Source: Octopus vulgaris (lineage: Eukaryota). Taken from it: a stretch of 64,000 bases of DNA. The stretch's first letter is position 1; each line of letters starts with the position of its first letter. The notes under the pieces were generated by a model. That model was not told the DNA's origin, did not search any database, and worked only from the letters and a program-made list of their open reading frames with translations. The stretch covers positions 83,576,001 to 83,640,000 of the forward strand of contig OX597826.1 in assembly GCA_951406725.2 (NCBI GenBank). Direction: 5' to 3'. Made by a program: the position numbers and the translations under genes. Of the stretch, positions 24,263 through 37,773 are shown piece after piece.

Positions 24263-25542
24263 TCAAGTTGTCCGGAAAGTTCTGAGCGTTTTTAAGCTAA
24301 ATCATTTAGCGCTTCATTGAACACACCTGAAACGTAACACAGTTAAAACTTTGGCATTACTTGAAGTGGTAGAGCATCTCTTCTTTGTTCCCGACTAAAA
24401 ATAGATTTATCTTTCATTCCAGTTATTCTTAATTGACATTTGAAATGGATAATAAAAAATTTCATATTCGCATTGTAATAATTTTATGTTTTAAAAATAG
24501 GGGAAAATGCTGCAAAGACTTTCAAAAACATTTATGGAGTTTGTGGTGATGATGATGATGCTGTAGGCGAATCAACTGTTGGAAGATGGTATGCAAAATT
24601 TAAAGGTGGAGAGTTTAGCTTGGAAGATAAGAGTTGCAGTGGAAGACCTTCAAAATTGGATGAAAATGTTCTGAAGCTTAAAATCGAAGAAAACTCAAAT
24701 ATCACAACTAGAGAACTTGCAGGGGAGCTGGAAGTTTCTAAAAGTATGGCTCATGAACACCCAGTGATGCTAAGGTACAGGTTTTGCTATAATGTATGGG
24801 TCCCTCACCAACTCTCAGAAAAGAATTGTTTGGAATGGTATTCTGTTTGTGATATGCTTTTGGAATGGAATGAAAGCCTTTTTTTGAAACAACTTGTGAC
24901 TGGAGATGTAAATGGATTATATACGAAAAAGTAATGTGAAAAAGGTCTTGGAGTTTGTATAAGGATTCCCCAAAACAGCAACCAAGGAGGAATATCCATG
25001 CCAAAAAGAGCTATGCTTTGTGTTTGGTGGGATCATAAAGGCATTATTTATGATGAACTTCTTCCACAACACCAGACCATTAATTCTGATGTTTACTGTG
25101 GTCAGCTGGCTAATTTGAACAAAAAAAAAATCAAAGAATTGAGGCCAGAAATTGCCAAGAGGAAAGGGATAGTGTTCCAACAAGACACTGCCTGACTACA
25201 TGTGTCTTCAGCTACCCAAAGTTACATGAATTTGGCTGGGATCTCTTATCCCATCCACCATATTCTCCTGATATTGTGCCATCTGACTACCACTTGCTTC
25301 TGTCTCTACAGAACTCATTTCAAGGAAAAACATTTAACAATTCAGATGGAGTCAAAATGTATCGAGATAACTTTTTTTCCTTCAAAAACAAATTTTATGC
25401 TGATGGAATATTTAAATTGCCAGATAGATTGTCATTAATAAAATGGAAATTATTTCATTGAATAAAATTTATTGAAAGGTCAATTATTTATATCGCTTTT
25501 TGCATATTAAAAAATGCTCAGAACTTGCCAGACAACCAAAGA
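24263..25542 (+). mobile_element. Full-length mariner (DD34D) transposon, transposase pseudogene
   Basis: TIRs tcaagttgtccggaaagttctgagc and gctcagaacttgccagacaaccaaaga in TA context, about 1.28 kb apart. Motifs RWYAKFK..SGRP, WVPHQL, VTGD, LCVWWD, QQDTA and YSPDIVPSDYHL, with frameshifts. Confidence 0.93.
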
Positions 25543-25596
25543 TATATACATGTATGTATGTATGTGTATATATATATATTTTATATATATATATAT

Positions 25597-25745
25597 GGCA
25601 GGCTTCTTTTAGCTTCTGTCTACCAAATCCATTCAGAAAGTTGGTCTGAAGCTGTAGTAGAAGATATTTGCCCACGGTGCCATGCAGTGGGACTGAACAT
25701 GAAACCATGTGGTTGGGAAGCAAACTTCTTACCACGAAGCCACCC
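25597..25745 (-). mobile_element. SINE family B 5' half
   Basis: ggcttctttt..ctaccaaatcc..gcagtgggactgaac..ccatgtggttgggaagcaa. Confidence 0.75.
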
Positions 25746-26129
25746 CTGTATCCTTTTTGTTTATTTTTTGCAATGATTTAAATTAAGGATCTGGGCTGTG
25801 TGTGCAAACCATTCCAACCATTCAAGTAATGTTTCTTTTTCACTTTTTGAGATGAAATCGAACATATTTTTGTTGAACAATAATATTTCTTTTTAAATGA
25901 TTTCCTGAATTGCATTGCAATAATCAGTTTGTTTTGCTTTTTCTATTATTTAAAAAAATTTTTCCCTTTTTAGTCAGGGAAGAAAGTTCAGTGGCCATTC
26001 CATATTTTAGCAGGGCCTCTAAGACCAGTGGAAGCAAAGACGAAAAAAGAAAGAAAGAAGGAAAGAAGAAAATTATTCCCAAGCTGGAGATCACTTGCAG
26101 CAGAATGAATTTTGGTTGCCCACCTTAAA

Positions 26130-26201
26130 CCCACCACTGGTTCTTTGGATATTAAAGACACCAAGACCCAGCACTGGTTCTTTGGATATTAAAGACACCA
26201 A
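26130..26201. repeat. 37-bp tandem duplication
   Basis: cactggttctttggatattaaagacacc occurs twice head-to-tail. Confidence 0.85.
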
Positions 26202-26434
26202 TATAACAATTCTGTTAATTCACTGCTCTTAACTGCTTCTTGTTTTGTCAATCTTAAAAGAATAACACAAAGAGAATAGAAAAAAAAAGAAAGAAAGCAT
26301 AAAAAAAAATAAAACATAAAATTAACTTTGGCAGGATTTGAACTCAAAGTAGAGAGATTCCCAAACTCTGCAAGGCATTTTGTTTTATGCTTTAATGAGT
26401 CTACTTACTCACCACGTATTGTTGCTTCACCAAG

Positions 26435-26650
26435 TCAAAGCAGTGAACTGGCAGAATTGATAATGCAACAGACAAAATGCTTAGCGGCATTTCGTCCAAC
26501 TTTACATTCTGAGTTCAAATCCTGCTGAAGTCAACTCTGACCTTCATCTTTTCAGGGTCCATAAAATGAGTACCAGTTGTGCATGGGGGTCCATAGACTT
26601 AACTCTTCTCCTGAAATTGCTAGCCTTGTGCTAAAAACTGAAGTCAATAT
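26435..26650 (+). mobile_element. Decayed SINE family C (Meta-domain-like)
   Basis: gaactggcagaattg..aaatgcttagcggcatttcgtcc..gagttcaaatcctgc..ttcatcttttcagggtccataaaatgagtaccag, homologous to 56053-56286. Confidence 0.7.
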
Positions 26651-29076
26651 TTCATCAACTCTTGGACATAAATGGACGAAATTTAGAATTGAACTTGGAG
26701 AAATTGGAACATAGAAATAACAGGAATGGAATTCAATGCCAAGAACCATGAAATGAAGCTCACTAGGAAACAGCTGTACCGTCTTCACACTTTTCTAGAA
26801 TTCCATAATTCCAGAGAGCCAACAAAAGACATAATGCATTGAGTGAATATCTTTTGTCTTCGTTACCTGCAAACGAGTAAATAAGTCATTTAAATAAAAT
26901 ATGAAAAATGTCTACGTTCTGCTTAGCTTGAACTTTTATAACTGATTCTTTTTCCATCAGAATTCATTTTATTCAGTTTAGGTCCCCAATACTGTCACAA
27001 TTTATGTATGACAAAGATCCATCTCAAAACAACGACAAACATCCATGCTTCACAAAGTGCCAAACAGAGAAGAAAACGGAGGCCATAGAAGAGATTTGCT
27101 CTTCAAATTCCTGTTTGTTCTGTTTGCCATGGAATTGAGACAATCGGGAATTAATTTCTGTTGTGAAGACATGAAGACAACATCATTCAAATCATTGGCT
27201 GTGGAAAGATGATGCATCAGATTTACCCCATAGAGCTGTCTGTGACAGACTCAAGAAGATAGAATGTGGAAGTATTGAATCACTTGTGGAATGGTTAAAT
27301 AAATGTCTTCAACCAATACTGGAAAATGCACCTCAATGTTTCCATTCCATTTATGGGTTGATAAGGGCAGTGAACTGGCAGAATTGGACAAAATCCTTAA
27401 CAGCATTTCTTTAAGTTCATTATAGTCTGAGCTCAGTTCTGGCTAAGATAAACTTTGCCTTTCCTCGTCAATAAAATAAATTACTAGGCAATCCGTGGGG
27501 GTTGACGTAATCAACTTGACCCTGATCTTCAAAACTGCTGGCTTTGTGCCATACTCAGTAAGGAATATATGTGTTGATAGTTTTGCAATAAATTACAGCA
27601 AGTCGTCTTAGTGGAAGAATGATTTCATTAAAGCCAACCTATTTACAATTAAACTGTGTTTTATATTTCCAAAACAGATTATATTCCAATAAACTCATAA
27701 AACATGTTTTGATGCTTGTTTCAAAAGTCTAAATTTAATTGTAATTTATTACTTACCAGATAAAGCAATGTGAGATATCATTTGATGGCATTATTTAATT
27801 AGGAAAAAAGATTTAATTTGCTCTGAGACTATTAAAATTTGCTTCAAGTTTATTCTCATTTGTATTTACAAAAGTCTACTTTTGCTCTCAGACTAAAGCA
27901 GAGCAACAGACTTGAAAATACTTGAAGTGATGCCTTGTGAATAGTTATCCATCCTACCATTTCACTTCTGCTAACAGATTCTTTTGGAAATTTTACTCCA
28001 ATTTAGCCCTGAAAACAAAACAGAAAATCTTTCTCTTCATAAATTAAGAAAATGATTTTTGCTAAATCAATTTATTCCATACAAGAATTCACACACGCAT
28101 GCACACATGCACACACACACATGCACGCATGCATGCATACACACATACATCATATGTGTGGTGGGTACTTTTGTTGTTATCCCATCATGCCACCTGCGCT
28201 GCTTTCACTTCAACCACCTAGTGACCACCCACACCCAAAACATTGCTTTCCCTGTCTCCTTTCCACTACATCCTCTTCTGTCATACGATCCCTCTATTTC
28301 CTCCATCACATTGCCGTTCATATCTCTCTCTTCTCTTTTTTACTCTTTGCTCTCGCTGCCTTCCTAGTTGCACTCTTGGAGAAGTTTGTCATGAAAAAGA
28401 TGAGGACTATCTACAGTAAAGAGGATTCTTTCATCTTGCAAGAGACACAGCAACCTCTGTGGTGTTGGTGCCATCATCTAATGCTCATCTAATACACCTT
28501 GTGAAGTGGACCCTGACCAAAGAGAGACCATGCAGGATAGAGGGGATATTTTAGAGTCCTCCAGTGTTGGTATCATGATCAAATACATCCAGAAATGTTG
28601 TGTAAAGTGGATGGCAAACAGAAGGGAGTCTAAGCATGTAAAACCTTGTGAAAAGTAAGGAGTACAAGTGAGACATGGTCGTCCTCCAACCAGTCTGGGA
28701 TGACGGCAGTAATGCCAAATAAGAACTGCAGTAAAACATGATAACCCAAGACTGTATGGAAAGCTGATGCAAAATAATGATGATGATTATATCTTTGTGT
28801 GTGTGTGTGTGTAACAGAGAGAGAGAGAGAGTAAACTTTCACTAGAATCGAAAGAGTAGAATTTGAGGAAGTAAGCAATGGTCTGTGTTGACAAATAGTA
28901 AAATGAAAAAGTTTGCAAAGTGGAATAAAATGATTTTGCTGTAAGGAAGAAGTGAAGTCGAATGCTTTGGGTCGACTCCTTTTATTTCACTCCAACAATG
29001 ATCTGTCTCCCAACACCACAGAAAGAGAGAGCGAATATCTACAGGAGAAATGAAGAATCGTAGTTTTGACCTACTT

Positions 29077-29110
<34 letters not shown>

Positions 29111-29824
29111 GCGTGTGTGCGCACATGCATGTTTGTATTATAATTCCAGCTCACATCTCTTTGCCTCACCCCACTCCCCACTAAAATGAACGAAATGGTT
29201 TACTTGATGGAGCAATTGTTTTTACATCTGGATGGAATCCTCGCTTTTTATCCCAAACAAGTCAGCCATGAAATAAGCAATGAACTCTTCTTTTATGTGA
29301 GTCAGGAAAACTGGAGCAAGAGGCCGTGATTAAGGGGCCAATTGAAACAGTTGTTATGGTTGATGCTTGAACTCATGATGATGGGGGTTCGGAGATCAGC
29401 ACCTGAACTTCATAACCACCATGCCCCTGGGTCGTAGCTTTGGTTTAACCCTAGGTTCGTCCTTGATCCAACAAAGAAATGATGACATCCATTCCAGCCA
29501 TAACCATCCTGTCCTGTTTTTACTTCAGACATATCTGAGAGATTATTGAATATAATTTGAGGTAGCTTTAGCTGTTATTTCTTGTAGGTTGAATGACCAA
29601 GTAGAGTCTCCCTCATTGCTTTTCTAGATTCAAAATATCAACTTGATGATTGAGATGACCTCATTTACATTTGCGATGTTGACTTGAGACTTGAACCTGA
29701 ACAAGCAGGGACTTCAGCTGTCTACCAAGCTTTGTATTGATCATAGTTAGGCCAATACACTCATCTTGAACAAGGATACAGAATTAACAACACTTCAAAA
29801 TACTCAAGAAATCTCTAATGTGTG

Positions 29825-30130
29825 TCATGCAAAAATCACCATCCGAACATGGTTGATGGCAGAACCCTTTGACTGGCTCCCATGCTGGTGGCACGTAAAA
29901 AGCACTGTCCAAACGTCATCGATGCCAGGGACCCCTGACTGACTCCTAAACCAGTGGCATGTAAAAAGCACCCACTACAATCTCAGAGTGGTTGGCGTTA
30001 TGAATTGCATCCAGCTGGAGAAACATTGCCAGTTCAGATTGGAGTCTGGTGCAGCCACTGGCTTTCCAGACCTCAGTCAAACTGTCCAACCCAAGCCAAC
30101 ATGGAAAGCGGACATTAAACGATAATGATG
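29825..30130 (+). mobile_element. Family A tail
   Basis: Repeated ggcacgtaaaaagcac modules, the conserved core, and ggacattaaacgat. Confidence 0.8.
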
Positions 30131-30186
30131 TTGAGTTGGAAATCTTTGGGGCATGAAACAGAAGCACTGGAAAAAGAGGGTTGCCT

Positions 30187-30372
30187 CATCATCATCATCA
30201 TCATCGTTTAGCGTCCGTTTTCCATGCTAGCATGGGTTGGACGGTTCTACTGGGGTCTGTGAAGCCAGAAGGCTTCATCAGGCCCAGTCAAATCTGGCAG
30301 TGTTTCTACAGCTGGATGCCCTTCCTAACACCAACCACTCCGTGAGTGTAGTGGGTGCTTTTTACGTGCCAC
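30187..30372 (-). mobile_element. Family A tail, inverted relative to its neighbour
   Basis: (cat)n cgtttagcgtccgttttccatgctagcatgggttgg...gtagtgggtgctttttacgtgcc. Confidence 0.8.
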
Positions 30373-31574
30373 CCTCATCAGAACCAAATATGATGGGTGA
30401 GTCATGTCACCTGTTTTGAGAGTTTCAGACTTTGAAAGCAATCACCTTTTGGAGAATTAGCTCTCGTTACCATTACCCAGCAGCAAAAGAAATATGTCAT
30501 TTTATGACATCACAAAAAACAACCGTATACCATTAGTTGGTAACAACTGGCAATAAACAGGAATGAATATGGATTTATAAGTCGGAAGAACAGCCTCTAG
30601 CCTGAGAAAATGGTGAAAAGTAAAAGCTAAAAATGAAATCCAGAGATAACCTTACTTTCACTATCTGTGGTTGTATTACACTTTTTAAAACCAGACTTGT
30701 TACTGATGCATGAGACTAACCTGAGAAACTTAACTGCATGCAACCTGAATGGCACCTGGAGATCACAGCTATCTTTTAGGCCAAAATGAGTACTTGTTTA
30801 TTGTTGTAACATGAAGAAGGCATTGGTTATAATTGATGAGATTTGTCACAAAATTATGTGCTACATTTACTTAAAAAAAAACATTAAAGTAGAATTAAAG
30901 TTAGGGAGCCATCTGAAGGCCCAAATCCTATGAAACTTGCCACATTTTCTCCAATGAGAAAATGGCTTCAAATAAAGTTGACAATCACCATACACATTTG
31001 TACATATATATATATATATATATATGCACAAACATACAATCTCATATCAGAATTGAGCTCCTTTATTTTCTCTGCATAAAGAGAATAACAAGATATGTTA
31101 TGATCTGTTTAAAATTCTGCAGCATTAGGTTAAAAACTGTACGTTAACTACATCAAATTTATCTCCTGTCTTCTAATACATTGTACATAAATATCACAAA
31201 CACACACACACACATGCAAAGACATAGATAGTTGTATAAGTGAGAGATAAGAGCAATCAACAGATGTTGAGGTTACATATTTGCATTAACAGTTTCACTC
31301 AGACTTGCATTACTGAAAGTTTCAAGTTTCAATGATGCAAAAGCAGATCTGATTGTTTAAATACAGATACAAACATTGTGAGTGGTGAGGTGCCCCTATA
31401 CATACAAACATATATACATACACACATACATACATACACACATACATACATATATATGTATAAAACAAGAAATAATATATACAAAAAAAATCATATCTTT
31501 ATTTTAGATCCCATCATTTCAATATATATGTGTGTGTGCATGTGTGTGTATATGTATGTATAAGTATATATATA

Positions 31575-31867
31575 TCACTGTGATCACCGTGATCACTGAC
31601 CAGGCTATCAGATGTTGCTACACATCGCTGGTGACAATGTGCTTCGCATTGTTTTAGCCTTCAAATGATGCCACCCCTCTGGCTAAGCAAGAAAGGTCAA
31701 CAGAAGAATGAGTGAGAGAAAGTTGTGGTGAAAGAGTACAACAGGGGTCACCACCACCCCTGCCAGAACCTCGTGGAGCTTTTAGTTTATTTCGCTCAAT
31801 AAACACTCACAACGCTCGGTCTGGGAATCAAAACCGCGAGTCTGCTACCCTAACTACTGGGCCATTG
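31575..31867 (-). mobile_element. tRNA-derived SINE (family D)
   Basis: Minus-strand head caatggcccagtagttagggtagcagactc..ttgattcccagacc with A/B-box-like motifs, flanked by (TA)n. Confidence 0.6.
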
Positions 31868-31915
31868 TACATATATAGAGACACATATGTCTCGGGTGTA
31901 TATTCATATATATAT

Positions 31916-32281
31916 ATCGTTGCATATTTGGCCAAATATCTTTCTTTGAATATTAACTTTGCTTGCAGTAGCAGCTCCTTTTGGTCAAACTATCGTATCT
32001 CCAGCTGCTTCAGAAGCCAAGATATCAAAAATTGTCAAAGTGTAGAACAACGGTTTAGCATTTTTCAAAAGTGTAGTAAGTCCCACATACGACAGTTTTG
32101 CAAAAATATTTCTGACTGAAAATATCGCATGGAGTTACAATTTTATGTACACCCAACAGAGAATTATCGTTAAGCTGGAACCGTTGCTAATGTTAAAAGA
32201 AACGGAATGGTGAAACTACTTTTCGTCTTCTGAAAAAGCAACGTTTTGGACTTACGGCACTTTTGCATAATAGCAACGATA
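31916..32281. mobile_element. Putative MITE / non-autonomous DNA element
   Basis: Terminal inverted tatcgttgc...gcaacgata between TA-rich microsatellites. Confidence 0.4.
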
Positions 32282-33506
32282 CATACATACATACATATAT
32301 ATATATATATATGTATGTATCATGTGTGTGTGTGTATAAGTATATACATATATATATATTTGTATGTATGCATGTATTTATGTATATAAGTATGTGTGTG
32401 TGTATGTAACATATCACTTTTGCTAAAGCATTATCATAATTTATTTTGTTTTTGCTTCTCCTCCTTGCAATAAACATAATAATAGAATATGGTGAGGACT
32501 GATGGTGATTGATGTGATTGATGAGGAAGGGTGGAGGAGGAAGAGAGAGGGAGGGGGCAAGAGGGGAAGAGGTTTTGGTGGTGGTGCCCCCCCCCCCCCT
32601 GAACATGATGATGATAAAGGCTGATACAATACATGATTACAACAGAGAGGGAGGGAGAGGGGGAACAGAGAGAGAGGGGATGAGGAGAACAACAGTAGAT
32701 AGCAGTAATGAGGGTATAACCATAGAGGGAGAGGAGTGGAGGAGGAGGGGGAGGGGGGATGTCTGCTTCACACACACACACACACAATGTATAAAGAGGG
32801 TGGTGAGGGTGGTGAGGGTAAAATTGATACCCTGTTGGTGCTAAGAACATAAAACATATCAGAGGAGATGTTGGTGGGGTTGGGGGTGGAAGTTTGTGAA
32901 GAGTTTATGATGATGATGATGATGATGATGATGCTGGTGTTGGGATTGGAGTAGTGGTAGTAGTGGTAATAGTTGTAGTGGTAGTAGTAAGGATAGTGGT
33001 AAGAGATGATGGTGTAGTTGACAGTGTGGTTGAGTGGGTGGGGCAGTATAGTGATAGATATGGGGGGTAAGGATGGTGGTGGTGGTGGTGGTGGTGGTGG
33101 TGGTGGTGACGGTGGTGACGGTGGTGGCGGCAGTGACAGTAATCGTGATGATGGTGCTGATGATGATGATGATGATGGTTTGTGGTGTCATTAAATTGTG
33201 CCATAATTTCTGCAGCTGAATATACAACTTAATGGTTTTCAGCAACAACACAACCAACAACAACAACAACAATAAAAAAAAACAGAAAGTAAAGAGCTGT
33301 TCTGTAACTAAGTGCAATCTTTCAGCAGGGTTTTGAGAGCCTTTAGCAGAGGAGGGGTGGTGGCTTTTCTTCTTTTTCTTTTTTCGTACCAGCCAGGGTG
33401 GGGTGGCGTAGGGTGGAGGTGGGGGGTGAAAGTTCTTCTGCATTGTTCATTAATTGTTTGAGACATTCAGACATACTTTCATTAAATACACACACATATC
33501 TATGTG

Positions 33507-33544
<38 letters not shown>

Positions 33545-34536
33545 TACACATATATGTACACTGAGTGCCACCATCAGAAGTGATCAGCGTGTGTGCAGGT
33601 CCATTTACTTTGCACCAACCCCTGTTGCCCTCACTCCATCGCCACAGGGCTTCCCACTTCTCTGAACAAAATGTCTTGGATGTTGAGTAAAGTAGCTGGG
33701 GGTCATCCCCCCCCACCACCACCACCAGACTGTCTCTCTGGGCCTCCACACCAGCTACCACCAAGTGGTGTGCAAGAGTACAAAGAGTAATGGTCCACAG
33801 TGGGGCTGCTCATTAGCTATTTGACACTGGACTGTCTTCCACTTGACCCCAATAACCTTCAAGCCGTTGGCCTAGGACTCCTCCACCTTGCTGCTGGGGT
33901 TTCCATCCCTGGCATGGGTAGCTATGGGCTTCCTAACACTTATTGAAGCTCAATATTAGGATTTTTTTCTTTTCCAAAAGTCTAATCTGTTGAGTGTATA
34001 TGAAAATGATAACAATAATAACAACAACAACAACAACAGCCAGGATGCTGTAGGAATAACAATGACAATAATAAGGAAAGTGACCCCCCCCCCCAGGAGA
34101 TAGAAACTGGATCTTTGATTTTGTTTTGATTTTGTTTTGATTTTGTTTTGATTTTGTTTTGTAACTTGCACTGCAGCTTGACATGAATTATTTAAACTAA
34201 AGGATTTTCCTTTCATTAATCCAAAAAGGAATTTCATTTTAAAGAATGTCTGATGTGTCCAAGGTTCAATCTCTGTGTGTAGAAATTAATCTTTAACAGA
34301 GTTTGGGGGACAGTTTTATAAGTTTTGTTGTTGTATTTCCAATCTTGGAACTACATAATGTAGATTGATCTCATTGCCTGGCATCTTTTACCATTGCTTG
34401 TATTTACTGAGTGGATTTGGGTAGATGGAAACTGTACTGAAACCCTTCAGATGAAATGTACCTGTAATTAAAAGGGGTCAGCTTTGTCATACACTGTCAT
34501 GCTGATTCTGCTTGACAATCACAGGAAAGATAAAAC

Positions 34537-34880
34537 TGGAGTAAAGATTGTTTGCCAACATAACATGGTAGTCCTGGTTTAGGACGAATGTTGCTGTAAT
34601 TTAGCCCCAGGCGACAACGTCTCCTGCTGGCTATACGTCACGATCTGTGTCCTTATATTTTTGAATGAGGGAATCTAGCCCCCCACTCTGCTCAAAACAA
34701 TATCTGTGTATCACGATTTCTGGGTTATTTTCGTCAGTACAGAATAATTGTTCGGCTTGAGGTGACGCTGCCAAATTCCCGTCCTAAACCAGGACTGCCA
34801 TGTTATGTTGGCAAACAATCTTAACTCCAAAGTACTGTTGCTGAATATCTCTCGTTGTGAGATTTACAAATAGTAATCTT
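34537..34880. mobile_element. Non-autonomous DNA element with 50-bp inverted repeats
   Basis: 34537-34586 is the reverse complement of 34780-34829 with 2 mismatches. The right end recurs at about 46005-46133. Confidence 0.7.
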
Positions 34881-35143
34881 CTTCTATAGATAAAAATGTT
34901 AATGGAATACCCAGACATTTCCTAATTTATTCAATGAATCGACCATTCCAGTGATTGATTCTGTCATTTGAACTTATTGGAACGCCTGTCATTGAAACTG
35001 GCCAAGATGTATTCAAAGAGTTTTTTCTCTCTGAATCTGTCAGGATTGAAGAAGACAAGGGGTCACTTAGGTGGCTCTTGTCTCTTTTTTTACTCTAGTT
35101 TGCAACCAAAGCCACAATACCATTCTCTCTTTCCATCTCTCTC

Positions 35144-35177
<34 letters not shown>

Positions 35178-36096
35178 CCTCTCTCTCTCTCTCCCTCTCT
35201 CTCTTTACTCCTTATGGTAACTGGACTTACTGATCTCTTCTACAAACTCTCCTCTAAAGTTGTTGTTTAACCCCAAGTTAGCCCTGATCACACAAACCTA
35301 TGAGCAAATGAATTCCATCCATGACCATCCCATCATTTTCTTTTCTGCAATGAATCCAGGACCACATTATGCAACATGATGGTCAGGTGTGACTGGAGGG
35401 AGATTTAGCTACTATTTTTTCACGTGTGTTGAGCAACCACCTTGCAGGCTTTGGTTAATTCCTCTCCAGCTAATTAAAATGAAGTGGTACCAACATTATT
35501 TGAAACAATATTTCTCTCTTATCACTGCAAATTTGTTGGCCCAGGATGTGCGACAAATATAAGCCATTAGCTAACAGAAGACTCTCTATGTGGTTATGTG
35601 GCTTACAAGAAATAACAGCTAAATTTTCCTGTGATCTTAAAGAAGGGAAGGATACATTGAACATTGTAATTACTAACATACAAAAAGCTGTGATGGTCAC
35701 AGATAAAACCTATCAGGAGACCGTCCTGTTTTGGGGAGGTAGACTTTTGGTCAGGTCAATGCCATCAGTTGATTCCTACATGTCATTATTGGAAACATTC
35801 TGGTAAGTTCTTTGATCTAAGAAATAACCTTTTCTTTTCCTCCCACCAGTCTCAGAAATGCTGAAAAATGTCAGGGGTGCTGCCTTTCCTCTTCTGACTA
35901 AAAAAATGGAAGACAACCTACAACTTGACAAGACTAAAATGGGTGAGGCTCATACAAACCCACATACGTACCTACATACATACATACATACATACATACA
36001 TACATACATACATACATACGTATATATATAAATTGACAGAATGAAATCTAAAAAATCCAAGGCTGTAAATAATTTTCAGAACATTCATAAAGAGAA

Positions 36097-36150
36097 GGTC
36101 TTACAGCTGCTTCCAGGATATTTATTAATTATATCCCTTCATCAGAGACC
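36097..36150 (-). ncRNA. Type I hammerhead ribozyme motif with one core substitution, in a PLE-type terminal fragment
   Basis: GGTCT-CTGATGA-ag-GGATAT(aattaataa)ATATCC-tg-GAAG-CAGCTG-TA-AGACC: stem I, core, stem II, palindromic stem III and a GUA site. GAAA reads GAAG. Confidence 0.7.
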
Positions 36151-36196
36151 CTTAATATATAATAAATGAAAGACAGAACATGGAATATACAAGAAT

Positions 36197-36320
36197 ATAT
36201 TATTAATCACAACAATTGTTTCGACATATTTAGCATCAACTCCTTGTGGGACACTCAACGACTGGTTGAGGAGTATCCAGTGGTGCAGACATATCTCATC
36301 AGGTGATAAATAAATAATAT
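36197..36320 (-). ncRNA. Type I hammerhead ribozyme motif (inverted twin of 37615-37738)
   Basis: Exact reverse complement of 37615-37738. Confidence 0.75.
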
Positions 36321-36392
36321 CGTTAAAACGAATGTTCCACAATGCAACTTTTTGTTTTGTAGAGAGAAAAACAGCCAGACTGAGGAAAATTC

Positions 36393-36432
<40 letters not shown>

Positions 36433-36438
<6 letters not shown>

Positions 36439-37299
36439 ACTCGTGGCCGATGCCAGCGCCGCCTCCACTGGCTTCCATGCCGGTGGCACGTAAAATACAC
36501 CAATCTGACCGTACGACAGGCACCCATGCCAACCCCCTTGCTTGCGAAGACATGTTGGGGCAAGCAAAATCGAATTGAACCAGCCAGGATCCCTGGTCTG
36601 GTGGTACGTAAAAAGTACTATCCGACTCGTGGCCGATGCCTCCACTGGCTTCCGTGCCGGTGGCACGTAAAATACACCAATCTGACCGTACGACAGGCAC
36701 CCATGCCAACCCCCTTGCTTGCGAAGACATGTTGGGGCAAGCGAAAACGAAATCGAAATCGAATTGAACCAGCCAGGATCCCTGGTCTGGTGGTACGTAA
36801 AAAGCACTATCCGACTCGTGGCCGATACCAGCGCCGCCTCCACTGGCTTCCGTGCCGGTGGCACGTAAAATACACCAATCTGACCGTACGACAGGCACCC
36901 ATGCCAACCCCCTTGCTTGCGAAGACATGTTGGGGCAAGCAAAATTCGAAATCGAATTGAACCAGCCAGGATCCCTGGTCTGGTGGTACGTAAAAAGCAC
37001 TATCCGACTCGTGGCTGATGCCAGCACCCCCTCGTTTGGCTTCCGTGCAGGTGGCACATAAAATACACCAATCCGACCGTGGCCGTTGCCAGCCTCGCCT
37101 GGCACCTGTGCAGGTGGCACGTAAAAAGCACCCACTACACTCACGGAGTGGTTGGCGTTAGGAAGGGCATCCAGCTGTAGAAACACTGCCAGATAAGACT
37201 GGAGCCTGGTGCAGCCTTCTGGCTTTCCAGATCCCCGGTCGAACCGTCCAACCCATGCTAGCATGGAGAACGGACGTTAAACGATGATGATGATGATGA

Positions 37300-37302
<3 letters not shown>
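36433..37302 (+). mobile_element. Young family A element with internal ~190-bp tandem units
   Basis: Units start at 36433, 36619, 36808 and 37001. CpG-rich, ending in the conserved core and (GAT)n. Confidence 0.85.
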
Positions 37303-37349
<47 letters not shown>

Positions 37350-37614
37350 ATGTATGTATGTATGTATGTATGTATGTATGAGTGTGTGTACTCATGCCAT
37401 GCAGCTTGTGTGAGGGCGTTTATATATCCATATCTGTTAATGGTTATTTTCAACACTTTTCTCGCTAGATTAGATGTTCGTTTCTCTTTTTGTCTTCTGC
37501 AATTTTATTTTTGGATCTTCCATATATATATATATATATGAAGAATTTTCCTCAGTCTGGCTGTTTTTCTCTCTACAAAACAAAAAGTTGCATTGTGGAA
37601 CATTCGTTTTAACG

Positions 37615-37738
37615 ATATTATTTATTTATCACCTGATGAGATATGTCTGCACCACTGGATACTCCTCAACCAGTCGTTGAGTGTCCCACAAGGAGTTGAT
37701 GCTAAATATGTCGAAACAATTGTTGTGATTAATAATAT
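37615..37738 (+). ncRNA. Type I hammerhead ribozyme motif with long stem II
   Basis: atatta..ATCAC-CTGATGA-GATATGT..(inner hairpin ggatac/tcaac..gttga/gtgtcc)..ATATGTC-GAAA-CAATTG-TT-GTGAT..taatat, with a GUU site. Confidence 0.75.
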
Positions 37739-37773
37739 ATTCTTGTATATTCCATGTTCTGTCTTTCATTTAT

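Noticed and set aside
27175-27413. Stop-free stretch (..SLVEWLNKCLQPILEN..) as an exon or RT fragment
   Set aside because: No start codon, no clear splice sites, no diagnostic motif, and the 3' part runs into a decayed SINE.
36255-37264. Repetitive 180-313 aa ORFs
   Set aside because: They lie in the tandem non-coding tail modules of a family A element and are open on both strands.
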